Positions 21,780 to 36,529 of a stretch of 37,416 nucleotides of DNA are shown piece by piece (the stretch's first letter is position 1; every line of letters begins with the position of its first letter). A model generated the notes under the pieces. The model was given only the letters and a program-made list of their open reading frames with translations. It did no database searches and had not been told where the DNA came from. Both the position numbers and the translations under genes were made by a program. Where the stretch lies: contig KZ538988.1 in assembly GCA_000934665.2 (NCBI GenBank), positions 1 to 37,416 on the forward strand, written 5' to 3'. This DNA is from Catajapyx aquilonaris (lineage: Eukaryota).

Positions 21780-23417
21780 GCAAGCGGCTTCCCTTAGGAG
21801 GTACCAGATGCAGCACTCTATATTTGAAGCTTGTTAGTAGGGCTTCCATGATGGTGCTCCACCACACGTGACCTCAAGTCTCTCATTCGAGTGGCTAAGT
21901 TTTCCAACATGGCTCATTTATAATAGTCAGGGCACTAACAGTTATATTATCTTTTTTACCACTGGCGAATTTTCATCATTCAGTAGGTCCTTTGACATTA
22001 TTTTATATTTAATATGCAAACATGATAGTATAATGATTATTTATAATTATGGCCAACCATTTTTTGCTTAACTAATGGCATGTGGATAATGAGGTGGTAT
22101 GACTCAACCTTAGCTATTACTATAAATATAACTAATACAAAAGCACGACTTAGTTCTAAGGTCCATTTACAAACAGAATAACTTGGTGTTTCCTCTTTAA
22201 TATTGTATTAAACATACATGTAACAAACCAATCTCTTTGTTAAAACCTTAAACTTAATTTGACCACCAGCATGTCTATGAATCTGACAACATGTATTTAC
22301 GGTCCGCTAAAGAGCTGAAATAGAAAGACAGTTCGTGGGAAAACAAATGTCCCCTAGTAGTACACTTAGATCAGGCAGTTGACTTCACAGTATCATGGAC
22401 ACCATCACAGCCGTACGATGACCACATCGCTATCCCTCCTGACCACGGTAAGTTTCCATTCAAATAATACCATACAAGTTTCTTGTACACAAAGCGTGAG
22501 GGAAAAAAAAAAAAAAAATCTGGCAAGTTGTCAGTCGATGGGAGTGAAGCGGTGTTGCCGAGTTATGAATGAAATCATCAGCAGTCGTCGCCCCCAGCCT
22601 GCTGCCGCCTTGTGTTTCGGGGGGCAACTTATCGATTAGCGGGAATCACTGGGATTAATTTTTGGGCTAGTAAATGGAGGGAGACTGGTTGGGGAGCGTG
22701 TTACTTCCTTGAGTCGATACCATGACTGAATAAGTGATACAAGGCTGATTGCCAATACAGTAGCGGTGCATACAATGAGTGTAAGTTGTGTTCTTGCATT
22801 ATCTGTATACTATGATAATAATTGACAGATTGAACTGGTATATAATAGATTGTTGTGAGCTAACATGAACCCGTCAGTCGTTTGTCTAACAGGCGTGGAA
22901 TATTGAATAGGTTTTCTTGAGTGAAGTTAATATGCTGAGACCTTGAGAAATTAGTCAACCTCGTTAAGGTATTTTGTACTTAAGTGCCGTATTAGAAAGG
23001 TTGGCATATCAGATTTTCACTCGTGAATGATTTTCCAAGCGTTTGGGGCTGTAGGCGTGTAATCAGGACTTAATTAGTTCCAAGTAAATGCTTGCGGTCC
23101 TGACACTGCTTCACACCTGGTTTCGGCGCTAATTAAAACTGCCTGCTTGAAAACGTGCAAAACATTGGGAACCTTGCTCCTAGTTGCTTATCAGTTGAAA
23201 TACCCTCCATTCCGAACACCTATAAAAAAAATATACGACGTCAGTTTTAAAGCATAAAAAGTAAGAATTTATATCGATATGAATGGCAACAAGGACGTTC
23301 AACAACGTAACTAACAATGAAAGGCTAGTGACGTCAGTATCCAGGTTAGAATAGCGCTACAGTAATTTTTTTTGCATCAACTTGCCTGACAGGTTTTGAT
23401 TTATGCAAAACGTTATA

Positions 23418-23564
23418 CAGTAAAACCTGTCTACAGGAGTTCGGTTCAGCGAATCCTTTTTGCACAGGTTACTGTTACGTATAGGCTACATTAAAAATAC
23501 ATAAGAAAGACTTCCGCCGGGACCGAACAATAATTTTGTATGCGGTCCGTAATAGGTTTTACTA
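23418..23564. mobile_element. Short Tigger-like MITE, degraded
   Basis: TA-CAGTAAAACCT ... AGGTTTTACTA-TA. Confidence 0.5.
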
Positions 23565-24266
23565 TACAATATTTACATAATATAATGTACAAAATAATGA
23601 ATGAACTTTGCGAAAGAAGAATAAACGTTGGCACTACCGTTCCATAAAACCAGTCCGAAGTGCGCGTTCTACAAAGTATCCTTATAATGCCCGCGGCCTA
23701 CCCCTAACCGGACTATAAAGGCAACTTTGAAGCATAGCCTGTGATCCCTCTTCCCCTTTTTGAAGGCGATACGAGATGCTAAACCGCATCGAAACGATCT
23801 ATTGTGCTCTAATCCGGCCTGTTCACCTAGAGCCATAATAGAGTTTATGTGTCAAATTGGCCCATGCTGTGCACAAATGTTGGGGCCATCCAACATTCTG
23901 GCAAAACGCAGCAACACGTGCAGTATCATGAGCATGACCTTGCGACAATTGAGTCATTACGAAGGAAAAAGTCAGCCGTAATGGATATGGATAGGAAGGG
24001 CTGGCTTGTAGTATAGGGAAAAAGACCGTCAGTTGAGTGCGCCTGTGCTGCTCCGACGTTGAGGCGGTGGCAGTGCCAGTACACTGGGGCAGAAGCCTTC
24101 ATACAGGCATTGACGTCTAGTCGTGCTCAGGTGCTGCCTACCTGTCTGCCGACAGGTGGTTGCTATTGGGGCACATGGCTGCTTCTATCGGATCAGCAAG
24201 AGAGGTGTCACGGGTGATACCGCGTTGTCTGTCCATTCCGTGAGGGCGATGACCTGAGTCGACAGC

Positions 24267-27200
24267 ATGGCCAAGAGACAAACTAGAGGTATGCTATGCG
24301 GAATGTAGAGACTGAACAGTCATTATTTCAAATATTCAATTTGCTGGACACTTCGTCATTAATCAAATGCATCGTGTTAGTGTTTGGCGCGATATTGAAT
24401 TTGAAAAGGTATTTGTATCGCGCTCTATACGCGTACATTGTCACTTATATCTGGCTCATTAAGGGGCACGGAAAATTTAAAAAATAAAATAAATTTTCAC
24501 TTATAGCGTAATTTGCTTAATGCTGCATTTCAATATCGTGATACTGTACTGCAGCACAGTATACGCCGTCACTATAAATCAAGTGGTGCGGTTTATCCAC
24601 CCACTGCACTGACTATAGTGTGAGTACATTGACGTTCATGATGTAACCCCCGGAGTAGATAGTGGCTGTGGCTGGCGCTGAATTTTAGCGCCAGGAAAAA
24701 AAAAAAAAGAAGCTGGCGTTGATGTTATGGAAATGAGCGAATGTGACAGGTTTGATGGAAGGCTAAACAAGGAGAAAAGCGGGTAATTTAATTCATGGAC
24801 CTGGGGGGATATGCTCGGGTACGCAGATTAGAACCTAGATCTGGAAAAAAGAGGACCAACAATAGGACGTAAATAATGGCAGCCGGATCCATTTCAGTGC
24901 GAATTGAGCCCTGTTATTTCATCTGTCAATAATGTTATACTGTATAATATTGAATTGTATGAACATTTCAGCTCTGGGCAAACAACGTTGTAATTAATTA
25001 GCACATTCGATAAAGTGCACTTTCGGAGGTCGCTCAGGGAGTTTGGGATTAGAATCACGTCAGTTTATGGCCGGCTGCCTGATAATAAGCAGTTAGTTTG
25101 CTTTGGCCTTCTAGTTGGGAAGTGGTACACATAATATTGATTTGCTTAAGTCCACTAAGTTGTTAAAGGTCGTGACTTTGAAAGAAAAAAAAGTGACCTT
25201 ATGAAATCAGATAAGAAACACTGATTTCCATGCGACAATAATATCTTTAGCAGCACGAATGCCTCTACGTTTACGACAGCGAAAAAGAAAAGTCGGATCG
25301 CTTCGTGCAGTTAATAAGCCCCTGGGTCCTGGGATGTACAGTACTGCATAGTAATATAAGAATGCAGAATGTAAACGAATATGCAGACATGATGACATGT
25401 TGATTCATTATTAATTATACTCTTTCCGTCTTTTAATCAAAAATTGAGTGACTGTAGAGGCATGATATACGGTGTCTGTAAATGCAGCTGAAGCACATAC
25501 TTATGAATATATTCATAATCACAGAATGAGGCAGAAATGCACAGGGAAATGTATATAGTGCAGTCATGTGGAGGCCTCTATAGCTAAACCATTCAACATT
25601 TTTTTTATTGAAGTGTCGTAACCGAGATATTAGTAAGGGCGCATCTTGTAAGGAACCTTTCAGTCAAAATAAGCGGGCTGAGCTTATTGCTGATGCAGAA
25701 AGCGAAAGTAAATCGATGAGCACGTCGTCAATCACTTCGCAATGCCGACAGAGATTGTGCAAAAAATGTTCCAGAATAGCCTGTCCGAAGGGAATCAGAC
25801 GTGACGCTGTTGCCAATTTAATTCCCGGGCATAGCGGCCATTCAAACACGCCTGGTGTTTCTCAAAAGACCTGGGCGCTGCAAAAATAAACACCCAACAT
25901 AGGACGACCTCGAGGGGATCCAGAGCCAACGTCCTCTATCTATCTCCGTACAGTACATCGTTGCAATGTGCGGAAAAAAGCTGGGCCACGCCATGTGCTA
26001 TTGGCTGAACACTGAGGCTTATCTCCGGTTGATAATGTATGAATTGGTGTATTTGTGGCAGGTGCGAAGCTGCACCAGGCACCGTTGGACAAAGGGCCCT
26101 CCTGCGCTAATGTTACCAAGAAGAAGATAAGTCCAACGCAGGCGGCTGACATGGACGCTTGGGGAATGGGTACGCAGCAGGAATACGAAGACGCCATGCA
26201 TCGGAAGCCCAAGGTACTGTGATGCATTGGGGTGTTTCCCAAATCTATTGCCTACCTGTCTCCCAAGTAGCTAAACCGCGATACTGTAAGGTGCTTCACC
26301 CTTGTCTTTCGTGCCAAGTGGTGGTTGCCAAAATACGTGTAATCGTATCCAATAATTATGTGAGGAGCTCGGTGGGAGGAATCTGGAGTTGGATTGTGTG
26401 AAGAATTTTCGGCATTGGCCATGGGATAGAGACAGAGGTTGGTGTCACCAGTGTGCTGTACAGTGCTAGGGAAGAATAGAAAAAGTTGGTGGGCCAAATG
26501 GCCGTTTCCACAATCTGACAAAAAAAAAGTGTTTAGAAAGGTCAATCACAGAAATATTTTGCTGCCACTAAATCGCATGCACTGGTCTAGCAGCACATGT
26601 TAAGATTATTTCGATACCGTGTATACAGGATGATTCAAAGTATTTGTCCGAGTAATATGGCTATTTGTTGCAGTAAGTGGCTTATTTTTATCAGTTACTT
26701 TGCATGGTTACTTTTAATGCCTATCAAAAGCATTAGCTGCTAATATTATGCTAGACTAAATCATCAATTCAATTTCTGAAGTGCCGGCAAAGTATTTCCG
26801 ATTGGTGCTCATGGGAACTATTGGCATCATCTCACTTCAATGACATAACCCACTTTGTGCATGTCAGACCCCTTTGCAGGATTTAAAAAGGATGAGTACA
26901 CGTAACCTATATTAGTGTAATAGTATCGCTAATACTAATACACGATTAAAAGTAATTATGCAAAAGTAGTTGCTAAAATAAGCAGCTTAGTCCAACAAAT
27001 AACCATAATAGTCGGACAAGTAGACTACAGTATTTTGGATCATCCATAATAGTACTGTACGGTATTGGCCAAGGTGACACTTCTATACAATCGAAGTATG
27101 TTCTCTGCACCTGCTCATGTATAAACTATGTTGTAAGAAATCTTGACCAAAAATGTGTGAACAAAAAAAATTGCAACATTCTACACAAACGTAGGATTAT

Positions 27201-28515
27201 AAAGTCTTTATACCCGCGGAGTTACTGGCACCGAGTGACAGCCAAGGATGTCCGTGGTCCTCTGAAAGACTGAAAAGTTAATTGTCCGTTTGTGCACCTA
27301 ACGAAGCAGGACGTATACCTCAGTTTGAACTCTTTAGGTAGTACACTTCGATTATCTTGATGCCACATTTTGAAAATACTTAACCTGGATTTTTTTTTTT
27401 TGTAGTAGAGTTAGCATCGTCTTTGATGTCCTCAACATGGCACGCAAGTGTCTTATTTGTTTGCGTTGTAAGGTGGGCCTGGGCTATATGTAAGTTACTT
27501 ATCTATTACTGAAGGCTATCATTATGAAAAGTTCTATTCTTGATCATTTTGCATCACTGATGTATTCTATATAATTATGCATACACTCCAAACAAATTTG
27601 GGAATTGTTCTTGTTTTAAGTTGCGCCTGAACTACTGTATCTATTTACTCACAGACGCTCCCATTTCGTTCAAACGTATAATGCATTCTGAATAATTATG
27701 TAGATAAGGTTTTTTGCCCGTTTCCATAGTCATAATTGCAGAAAATACTTTAGGCCAGCTTTTTTTCTATATAAATACTGCACCATTATGCAGTGTATAG
27801 AGTAAGTGTGGGAGATAATTCAAGTGCGTCATACCAATTCAACCTGACGAAACCTGGGGCTTGTGTAGGTCATCACAAACAGCTTCAAGTTCTACTCAAA
27901 CTTCTAATCCCCAATTAAACTAACTTGTCGACGAAAAGTACACGTCACGACGGTCAGCAGCAAGCACCCCTGGGTTGTAGATACAGGATAACCATGACGG
28001 TGTTTCGGATATCTAAATTATTCAGGATTTGTACCCTGTGCAATTCCCCTTCTGTTTTGCCATACAATATGTATAAGATGAGTAGTCCGCAAGCCCGGCA
28101 GTCTCATCCCAGCAGTTCCTGGAAAGCTCCTTTGTTGTGGGCTGAGAGGAAACGAGGGAGGATATTATACCAGATTGGTTTTCACTTGGCATAGTATACA
28201 ATGCAGCGCAGTGCAGATATATCATAGAGCTAATATTGGCATTGGAGCTATTGTGAAGGAAGCCTCGTAATCTTTATTGACATTACACTAGCAATTTTGT
28301 TCCGGGACCCATTTTTAGTTGCACCTGTGCTTGTTGAATTAGGTTGATTAGATATGGAAGATGAGTGGTGGAGTCCAAGGTGATCGTCTGGGCGGACCAA
28401 GACTGTTTTCTTTTCATCTTCAGATAACGATACTGCTGTCGGTGACAGGCATATACTGGAATGGGCAGTGGACGATGAAAGTCTCCCACATGGTGATGCA
28501 TTTGCTCGCCTATAA
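24267..28515 (+). CDS. Candidate spliced gene of unknown function (partial model)
   Basis: Inr-like TCAGTT at about 24029; agcATGG at 24267 (MAKRQTR) with donor AG|gtatgc; phase-compatible open exons 24689-24782 and 26062-26213; terminal exon 28424-28515 with a pyrimidine-rich acceptor, TAA and overlapping AATAAA. No homology recognised and the exon chain is not fully closed. Confidence 0.35.
26626..27047. mobile_element. Degraded Tc1/mariner-type MITE
   Basis: TA-CAGGATGATTCAAA...TTGTCCGAGTAATATGGCTATTTGTTG mirrored by CAACAAATAACCATAATAGTCGGACAA...TTTGGATCATCC. Confidence 0.55.
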
Positions 28516-28555
28516 TAAACCCCTTTACCTATTTTAGGCATGAAAATGTTTATCA

Positions 28556-28911
28556 CAGGGGTGGGCAACCTTTTTTCTCCGTGGGCCTCATAGCGATTTT
28601 TAAAAATTTGACGGGCCGCATCTAACAAAAGAAATTTCACCTTACTTCGTTATAAATGAACTTCCATCAATTGCATAAATTATCATTAAATTCTCTGAAA
28701 ATCGATAAAATCAGCTAAATATATCAATGAAAATGGCATGTATAAAAAATGTTTTTGTTGATTTAAAATAATTAAAAAGAAAGGCACAGGCATAAAATTT
28801 TGCAATTTTTATTTTTCAAAAATGTCAAGAATTCCGAATTTTTTGCGCGGGCTGCACAAATTGTCTTCGCGGGCCGGATCCGGGCCGCGGGCCGTAGGTT
28901 GCCAACCCGTA
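28556..28911. mobile_element. hAT-Charlie-like MITE
   Basis: CAGGGGTGGGCAACC ... GCGGGCC repeats ... GGTTGCCAACCCGTA; 8-bp TSD GTTTATCA/GTTTACCA. Confidence 0.8.
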
Positions 28912-31900
28912 GTTTACCATATACTTCAAAGGCGGCTACATAGTAGTGGGATTTTGTTATTCTCTGTTGGTGCCCCTCAGATATTTGTCCACATGTTGTA
29001 TTTTGAATTTTGCGTTGACTTTCCAGATGGTTATAATATGCGTCAGGTGCATGCGAAAGTTTATAGAGGTATACATACTCTCTGCTGCATTCTCTGAATT
29101 GCACCTCATAATGGCAAATGCCTCAAGTTCCTATATATACTGACAGTGAGTTTTACAATGCATGTGGCGTAGTTGTATACCGCGCCAACTGGTTTTTTCA
29201 CGGTCAACTTGTTATACCATCTCGTCAAGTATGAGTCCGGGTAGAAGCCATTGGCCACATCGTTGACACGAGGAAAAACCTCGCGAACTGGAAAAATATC
29301 ATTTTTTTTTTTTCACGTGACGCCAAATGATGTTGTTTTTCCAGAGTTTCCGAGCGTCTGCTGCTCTGCAGCATGTAATTAGGGTCGGGGAGAAGTATAT
29401 GATGCGGGTATGCATGAGTAAGATTCAAAGCCGTTGTTTATAGCCCGAGAAATTAATTCCGAACTGACAGAACTGCAATTTTCCAGAAGCTGCGATAGCA
29501 CTAAAAGTTTTAATGGTTGTAATGCTTCATTTTCAGGACTTATTATGACCGTTATGTCGGTCCAATTGTTATTTTTACATAGATTTATGTTGAAAATGAA
29601 CAAAAAACGCCCAACTTCCGGTTTTATAATAATATTAATTATTTGAACCGTGGTGGATAGGTTCTAACCTCAACCATGCGGTACTGTATATGTCCAAGGA
29701 GTTTAGTGGAAGAGATCACCTGATTTAACAGCACCAGACTTATTTTTATGGGTTGATTTAAAAGCATTTAAAAGAATTAACCAGAAACTTTTAACCAACT
29801 GAAACCAACAAAAAATGTTCAAAAAAAGTGATGGAAATTCAATAAAAAGAGCAATGTGTGTAGAGCCTCTACATGCGGAAATTTAGCCGATATAATTTAA
29901 AAAATTGACAAACGAAAAATTTAAATGCGAAATAAATATATTACAGTATTTGTCAGTACAAAACAAAAAATGTTTATTATTTTCTTTTCAAAACTGTAAA
30001 CGAACCAAATAGGAAAGGTAATTTTCCCTCACCCTATGTACTACCCAAGGGAATGAAAACGAGTGCGGTCTGGTATTATTATTAAAACAGGTAAAAACAG
30101 CCACCACATACAATATTAAAGTCAAATTTTGTACGTCTGGAATTATTTGAAATTGTTGAAAACGGAGCCACGGCAGTGAAACCCTAACAAAGTAGTCCCT
30201 TTTCCCACGGAGCAACATGCATCCTCTATCAAGACTATCTTGTTACAATTGCCAGTTAGTGCACTATTTTAAAATTCTAATTAATCAATAATAAATAATT
30301 ATATGGTTCAAATATAAAATTTATAAATCCCGTTGCATGTGTTACCAATTCTCCTAATCTAACTTGTGGCACGTAGTTGTCAACATAAATCTACTGTAAC
30401 TCCGAATCCCATTCTCTGGAGCAAAACGCTACATGTTATTCGGTTCTATGATTTTTCAACTGACATAATCCTGCGGTTGAGACCCAATCACAAATGATGT
30501 GTATCATTCACAGGGCTACAGGTCGGAAGGACAGGAAATTCACGCTTGGATACAACTGGACCATTTTGCATGCATTCACTGGGATCATACAAATTATCGA
30601 TGCTCATTGTGACATGTCCAAATAGTTGCGTGCCTGGTTGGTATGGATGAGATAATTTCAACTTCCCCATTGTTGTTTTGGGACCGACATTTCCGGCGTC
30701 GTAAATTACAGATTGCTACCGTGTGCTATTTGAATTGTTAAGTTTCCAAGTCATGTTCCGGAATTATTGACACTTGAATGAATCCAAGAGAACGTAAATA
30801 ATGACGCAATGCGTCGGAAAGCTTATATATACGCAGCATGAACCAACTGGTGAGAAAACTTGAAAGTTACTTTCTGAGAGGATTAATATATACATTCGCA
30901 GTCAAAGCACACGCTTAAATAATAATACACCGCGACACTGCTTTTCAGTCGAAAGCATTTGAATGCAGACTTGGAGCTAACGGAGTCAACGGATATATGC
31001 AGGTTCCTATACCAGGCGTTGAAAATGAGCTGTATGGTCACGTTCTATGCCTTGACTAGCAAGGGAGGGACCACAAGTAGTGGTATGTCACAAGAGTCGT
31101 ATGAAACTGACACACTAGAGTTCTATCCGGTGTTTCTCTTTTTTTTTCCCCTCGGAGAAAATATGATATACAGCGGATTTACATATCGTGGTTTTCATGG
31201 GATTATAGGCTCCATCCACTTGTGAGCACAAGTGGAATTTTCTTCTTTTTATAGTGTGATATGAAGCATGCACATGATAGTGAATAATTGCACTTGGGAT
31301 GTTTAACCTCGATGCTGGGCAGGCCTAATTAAGTATGGATCCCCCACTTCCCAACCCGGTAATAATTAGCCCTTGTCGAATTCGAAACGGGATTTACGCA
31401 AGAGATTATGGGTGTAATTAGGATAAATCTATTGCTAATTAGACTAACGTGGGGGGGGGGGAGGTTGTAGTCTTGCTCTGTATGGTGGTAATTGTGGGAT
31501 ATGCATCATTAGGGACAAGTTATTTGCGGTTATGTGCGACCAGAGCGACGTCAGCAGATTTGTCTTTTCCAATTTTCGGAGTCTGGTGTCTTGGCTTGTT
31601 GGACGCATGCTGGCGGTGACAGGCACTTCAAGATGTCCTTGTGATTTTAATAATATGCAGACAAATGATGGATGATGCTTGTGGCTTATTTTGATATGGC
31701 CGCTATTAACCGACACAGGCGATTATACCCAAAATGTCAGATTACGTGAACTACAAGAAAAAACTGACCTCCTCCCACCCATTTCACATTACTTCTATTA
31801 CATTCATAATACAGTATAACATTTTAATGCTAAATTTGAATGAAACTAGGATGTAATTATAGCATAATATTAATACCGGTAATCATCATCACAACCAGTT

Positions 31901-33339
31901 CTCATCTGAGAGCTGGCTAAATTGAGTGTGCAGTCCCAATGATGATGACAATTGCTAAATGGGGAGATTAATTTTTAGTAACCACGCATGATGCAGAGCA
32001 GATTTGTCTTTTGTAATGGCAAATTACTGGAGTGTAACTGTGCAGGTTTCATATGACGTAAAAATAATGTGCGGCATTATGAAGTCACGCCCTTGGCCAT
32101 GAGACATTTGACTGCGGGCATTATGATAGGGCAGCGGTAGGGGTGGACTGTATGATGTGAAAGGCAATAGACGGTTGCTATTATACCTTAATCTGATGGA
32201 GTTAGTCACGCTATACCCCTTTTCCAGGTGGCATCCTATTTTAGTCCTGCTCCGTCCCAGAAGAAAGTAGGAAACACATTTTTCGTCTCTCCCAAATTTC
32301 TTCCTTTTTTCCTCCCCATACATTCTGCTATACCGTGACCTGCTACGATTGGATTTGCTGTCGTGCACATCTTTCGGTGACCTTTTTAAAAGGCCCCACG
32401 GAAATCGATCTCCCTTGACTTACTGGTAATAAGCTCAACTTTGAAAATTCACGACTTTTCTCCCGTCGCGATTCAGGTGTACAGGGTGTGTTGGAAAAAA
32501 TCGGTAGGGTTCCAGTTTCCAGGTCGATGAAGCTGATGGATTGCTGATGGAGAGATAAGACCGATTTTGAGACTTCCACGCAGCTTGCACTGTAGCGGTT
32601 ACCCACCCTGGTATATCCCTTATATTAGTTTACAGTGCACCTGGCTGATCTGTCATTTCATATTATTGGCCGAGATTTTTGGAAGGTACTTGTCGAGCAC
32701 CCTGTAGGCTGAATCTGGCCAGCTTTTTGTAGCCGATATGTGATGTGTTTACGACAAAGATGGAGGGGTATTTCCTCGTCTTTCTGCCGGTGACAAGTGG
32801 TCTGCAACTTTCCAGATTTATTGTCCATTCAAATGAGATATCGATTTATTCGATCGTCATGTTTTGCGAAATTCAGTTGCACAATATCGGAGGGACCTTT
32901 TTGTGGGCTCACTGTGCTGTTGTATCGCTTCAATCATGACGGGCTTCCGGTATTGTGCAGTGATTTGGTTTCTCACACATGCTGATTCGGATATACTGCA
33001 CGGCTTGTATAGTTATGTGGGACTGGCCTAGGTACTTTTTTTTTTCAGAGCGCGATGTCAGTGGACATGCAAGTGCTGCGTAATATTGACAAGTTCCTGA
33101 TATCCTGGAGGTGTAATTACTTGGGCTCCGTTCACCGGCAAATGGAACTCTATTGCGCATGGAATCACTCTATATAAAAACATACTGGCTGGTGATAGGT
33201 CCCATTTCTGCCATTGTGGGAGTGGACTGCAGCTATTTTGGGATCACAGTAACATATAATCGGTTACTGTATATGCAGCCCTTGTTACTAGCTTTATGAT
33301 TGGGATATATGATTTTTTTTTGACAGGGTATTCCTGATG

Positions 33340-33465
33340 AGAAATAGATTGGACGTGTCGTACCAATGAACCACCGCAGAGAAACGGTAAATCCCACCTG
33401 AGAATTACCGGAATCGAACCTGTCATGATTTGTGCAAGTAATATCCACTATACCTACCTCCCATC
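33340..33465 (-). mobile_element. Possible degenerate tRNA-derived SINE head
   Basis: Minus strand AGGTATAGTGG ... GGTTCGATTCC (A-box and B-box-like). Confidence 0.3.
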
Positions 33466-36400
33466 TCTTTGGGATAGAGCCGGCCAAACGGGATTGATAC
33501 TGTAGCGCCAGGCGCGAGAATAGCCAGGGGCTATCTCGATAAAAAGAACGTATAGTTGGCAGCAGGCGCAGTATCCCGAGTCCCAATTACGTTATAAATT
33601 CGCAAACATCCGCAAACAGTAATTCTCTCTCTCGCGAAAGTGACTTTTAGAGTATTCCGGGTCGCAATCGATTCCTGCTCCAGGGCGAAGACAATATTGA
33701 AAAGTGCTATCCATCCCCTTTGAAACCCCGTATATAGAGGTGGTCGGGTTTCTCTTGTCATATTCCATGTTCCGGGCCCGCCGAACTATTAGGATTCTCA
33801 GTTGTCTTTCTCCACGAGACGTCAGGTGTAATTGAATTTTGTTTTCGGGCAGCTCGGGATGCGCATAACCACACCCGCATTGCATGTGTTTGTTCTGCAA
33901 CATTGAAAGTTATGCAGTGCGGTGTTGGAGGTACTGTACCTACAGTACTAATTCCAGCTGGAGGATGCTTTCTATTATCCAGGGCGTTACACAAGAAACG
34001 TAGCTGTATGATAGACTTCATGAGATGATATTGAAAACTGGAGGAGCACAAGGCAATTTCAATATGTACCTGCGCCGTAATATAGATATGATTTGTGTAC
34101 AGGTTATACTTTCTCATCTTGGTGATCGAAATATGACATCCCGCCCTGCCTTTCACTAAGTGAAGAAAGATATTGACTGGCTCATATGAATCTGGCAGAG
34201 TCATATTCCATGGACTAATGCTTTTTAAAGGGACGGCACCATTGCCTGACGACGGTTATAACGGTTCAGGCGAAGAGTCATTTTGCAATTGCATTAATTA
34301 TATGCGACGCAAATTAGACTGTAACTGTACACCAGCTGGCAGCCTTGCAGACGGTTGTGGGCCAATCCAGTTAATAAACTGCATCAAGTCGGAGATCTTA
34401 CTGCCAGTTGTCATTGGTTATTTTTATGCCAACTGTGATGTCACATGACATCGTAATATATACAGTAATAATCGTTGTTTGGGGGTCTATTATGCATGAT
34501 GGTCAGTGACGGGCATAATGGGCAAGTATAGATGATTACTTCCGTTATAGGAGCATAGATGAAGGAATTGCTCTACCTGCCCATCATGCAATATACTGAC
34601 CACCCTATGTATACAAAAGTCATGCATGTTTCGTAATGACTGGTGTTCCAAATAGCTATTTATGATCGTTTGATGTAAGTGTTGCATGCAGATTTTACAT
34701 TAACACTGGCTTACATAACCTACCGGTACGTAGACGTACTGTAGACATAATGTTGTTTTTGGCAATTTTGACCCCGAAGATGTAAACGTAACCGGCAGTA
34801 CTGCACAGACCACCTTCAGCAAATTATGTAACGATGACCTATGAAGCATTCACTCCCTTTCAGCCCCACCGATTTTTTAAAAAAACTCTCACGTTCCGTA
34901 ATTTATGGACTGCCCTTCACACTATTATAACCTTCGATAAGGTAATGTATACACTATAAAACGGTGCTATATGGCTACTGAAAAACACTAATAAAAAATG
35001 GAAACTGTCCGGAAAACAATTGAAGGCCTTGGGGAGAGGACGACATATGCCCTAAATTAGCATTTAGAGCGAGATTTTATTGGCTGTGAAATGATTACTT
35101 ATGGGAGAACGGGAATTGCATATGCACTAGCGAATTACATTGGAATTACTCTGTCTCTGACGCTGATATGCAGTTCACCGAGGGCGGCACTGCAGGGTAA
35201 CCACATCATCCTTGCATTTTAGCCCTTACACATTTTCCATTCCCAATGACTGCAATGAATGACTACACGCCTTTAAAATATTATTTGACATGATTTGATT
35301 AGCTACTGGTCAACCTTGCGGACAATCTACTGCGGTATATACTACCGCGTAGAAGCTTAATTATTAGTTAAGTGAAAATCAACGTTGAAGTTGATATCTG
35401 CTGAGCACACTTCCCAACTCACGCAGAGAATTATTAACAAGGATAGGTCCGATGCTATATAGGTGCATGCTGCAAAAACAGAGAGGGGGCTTATACATGA
35501 AGGTTGCGCTAATTGGTAAAAGCTTTGCTGAAAGTTAAAAATAATGTCCAGATTTTGCGGAACATCTGCACGCAGCAGTGCTTCCCGCAGGCCGCAGAAT
35601 CCCTTGATTTGAATACGCCTACTTCGTCACATATATCCACAAGTTAGCACGGCCAGTTACTTCAGGTCAGGTCATCAAAACAACGAAATTTTGCCTCAGT
35701 TCACATGCATGAGCTTCTCATTCGGCCATATCTGATATGTTATAATTTTGTATTTGGTTTTTTAAAAAGCTTGCGAACCAGTGTGGGTTATTGGAAATTG
35801 GACAGTAAAATTATATATAGATTTAACACAGTTGTTTTTGCGGAGTTATTGGCGGTTTAACTATAGGGTTTCATTTACAGGGATCGAAGGATGGGCGGGG
35901 GTTCCGTGTGTGGCATCTCGGAAGCGTTTCGTTGGTTTTCTTGTGTTTGCGAGTGGTGGAGAACACGCTTTTTCCATAATTTACTGTCACAATAGCAGCT
36001 GAGGTTAGTGGGGTCTTCATAAATATTCGACACACAACCCAAATTATTTTTCTTTATAATTATTTACATTTTTAATGAACAAATGAAGAATTAGCACAAC
36101 TGGATAGCTAAAAATCTAACATTTGTACAAGCGCTCGGCATATCTGGGATAATATTGCTACATTTTGGAATCAGTTTTGTGTCGATTACTATCGGGTTGA
36201 TCCGACCGAACGGACCTTTGCTGGACCAATGGCATTGCTGTTGACTTGGGTGCTGTCCTATTTTTGTTGTCTTCTTTTTTTGTTGTTTGGCAATTCCACT
36301 CACGTGCTGGAGAGCGGCGGGCAATTCGATTAGTGATGGCGCAGGGCGACATAAGAGGCGCGGAAATTCATCAGCGGTCCTACGTCTTTGCTCTCTGGGG

Positions 36401-36529
36401 GCATTGTTCATCTATAGATTGTTTTCGGACGAAGGTGGCAGGCGGGCGGTCCGGGGATGAGGAGATGCTGCGACGGCGGCGGGGCTTTGCTACCATGGAT
36501 ACAGCGGCTGCTGGAAACCCATCTCCTTA

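Noticed and set aside
26220..26430. Possible piggyBac cysteine-rich domain relic (KPRYCKV...CVKNFRHW)
   Set aside because: Cysteine spacing is incomplete, it needs frameshifts, and no DDD domain is visible upstream.
29000..36200. Numerous 60-148 aa ORFs
   Set aside because: No recognisable domains or coherent exon chain; consistent with intergenic DNA.
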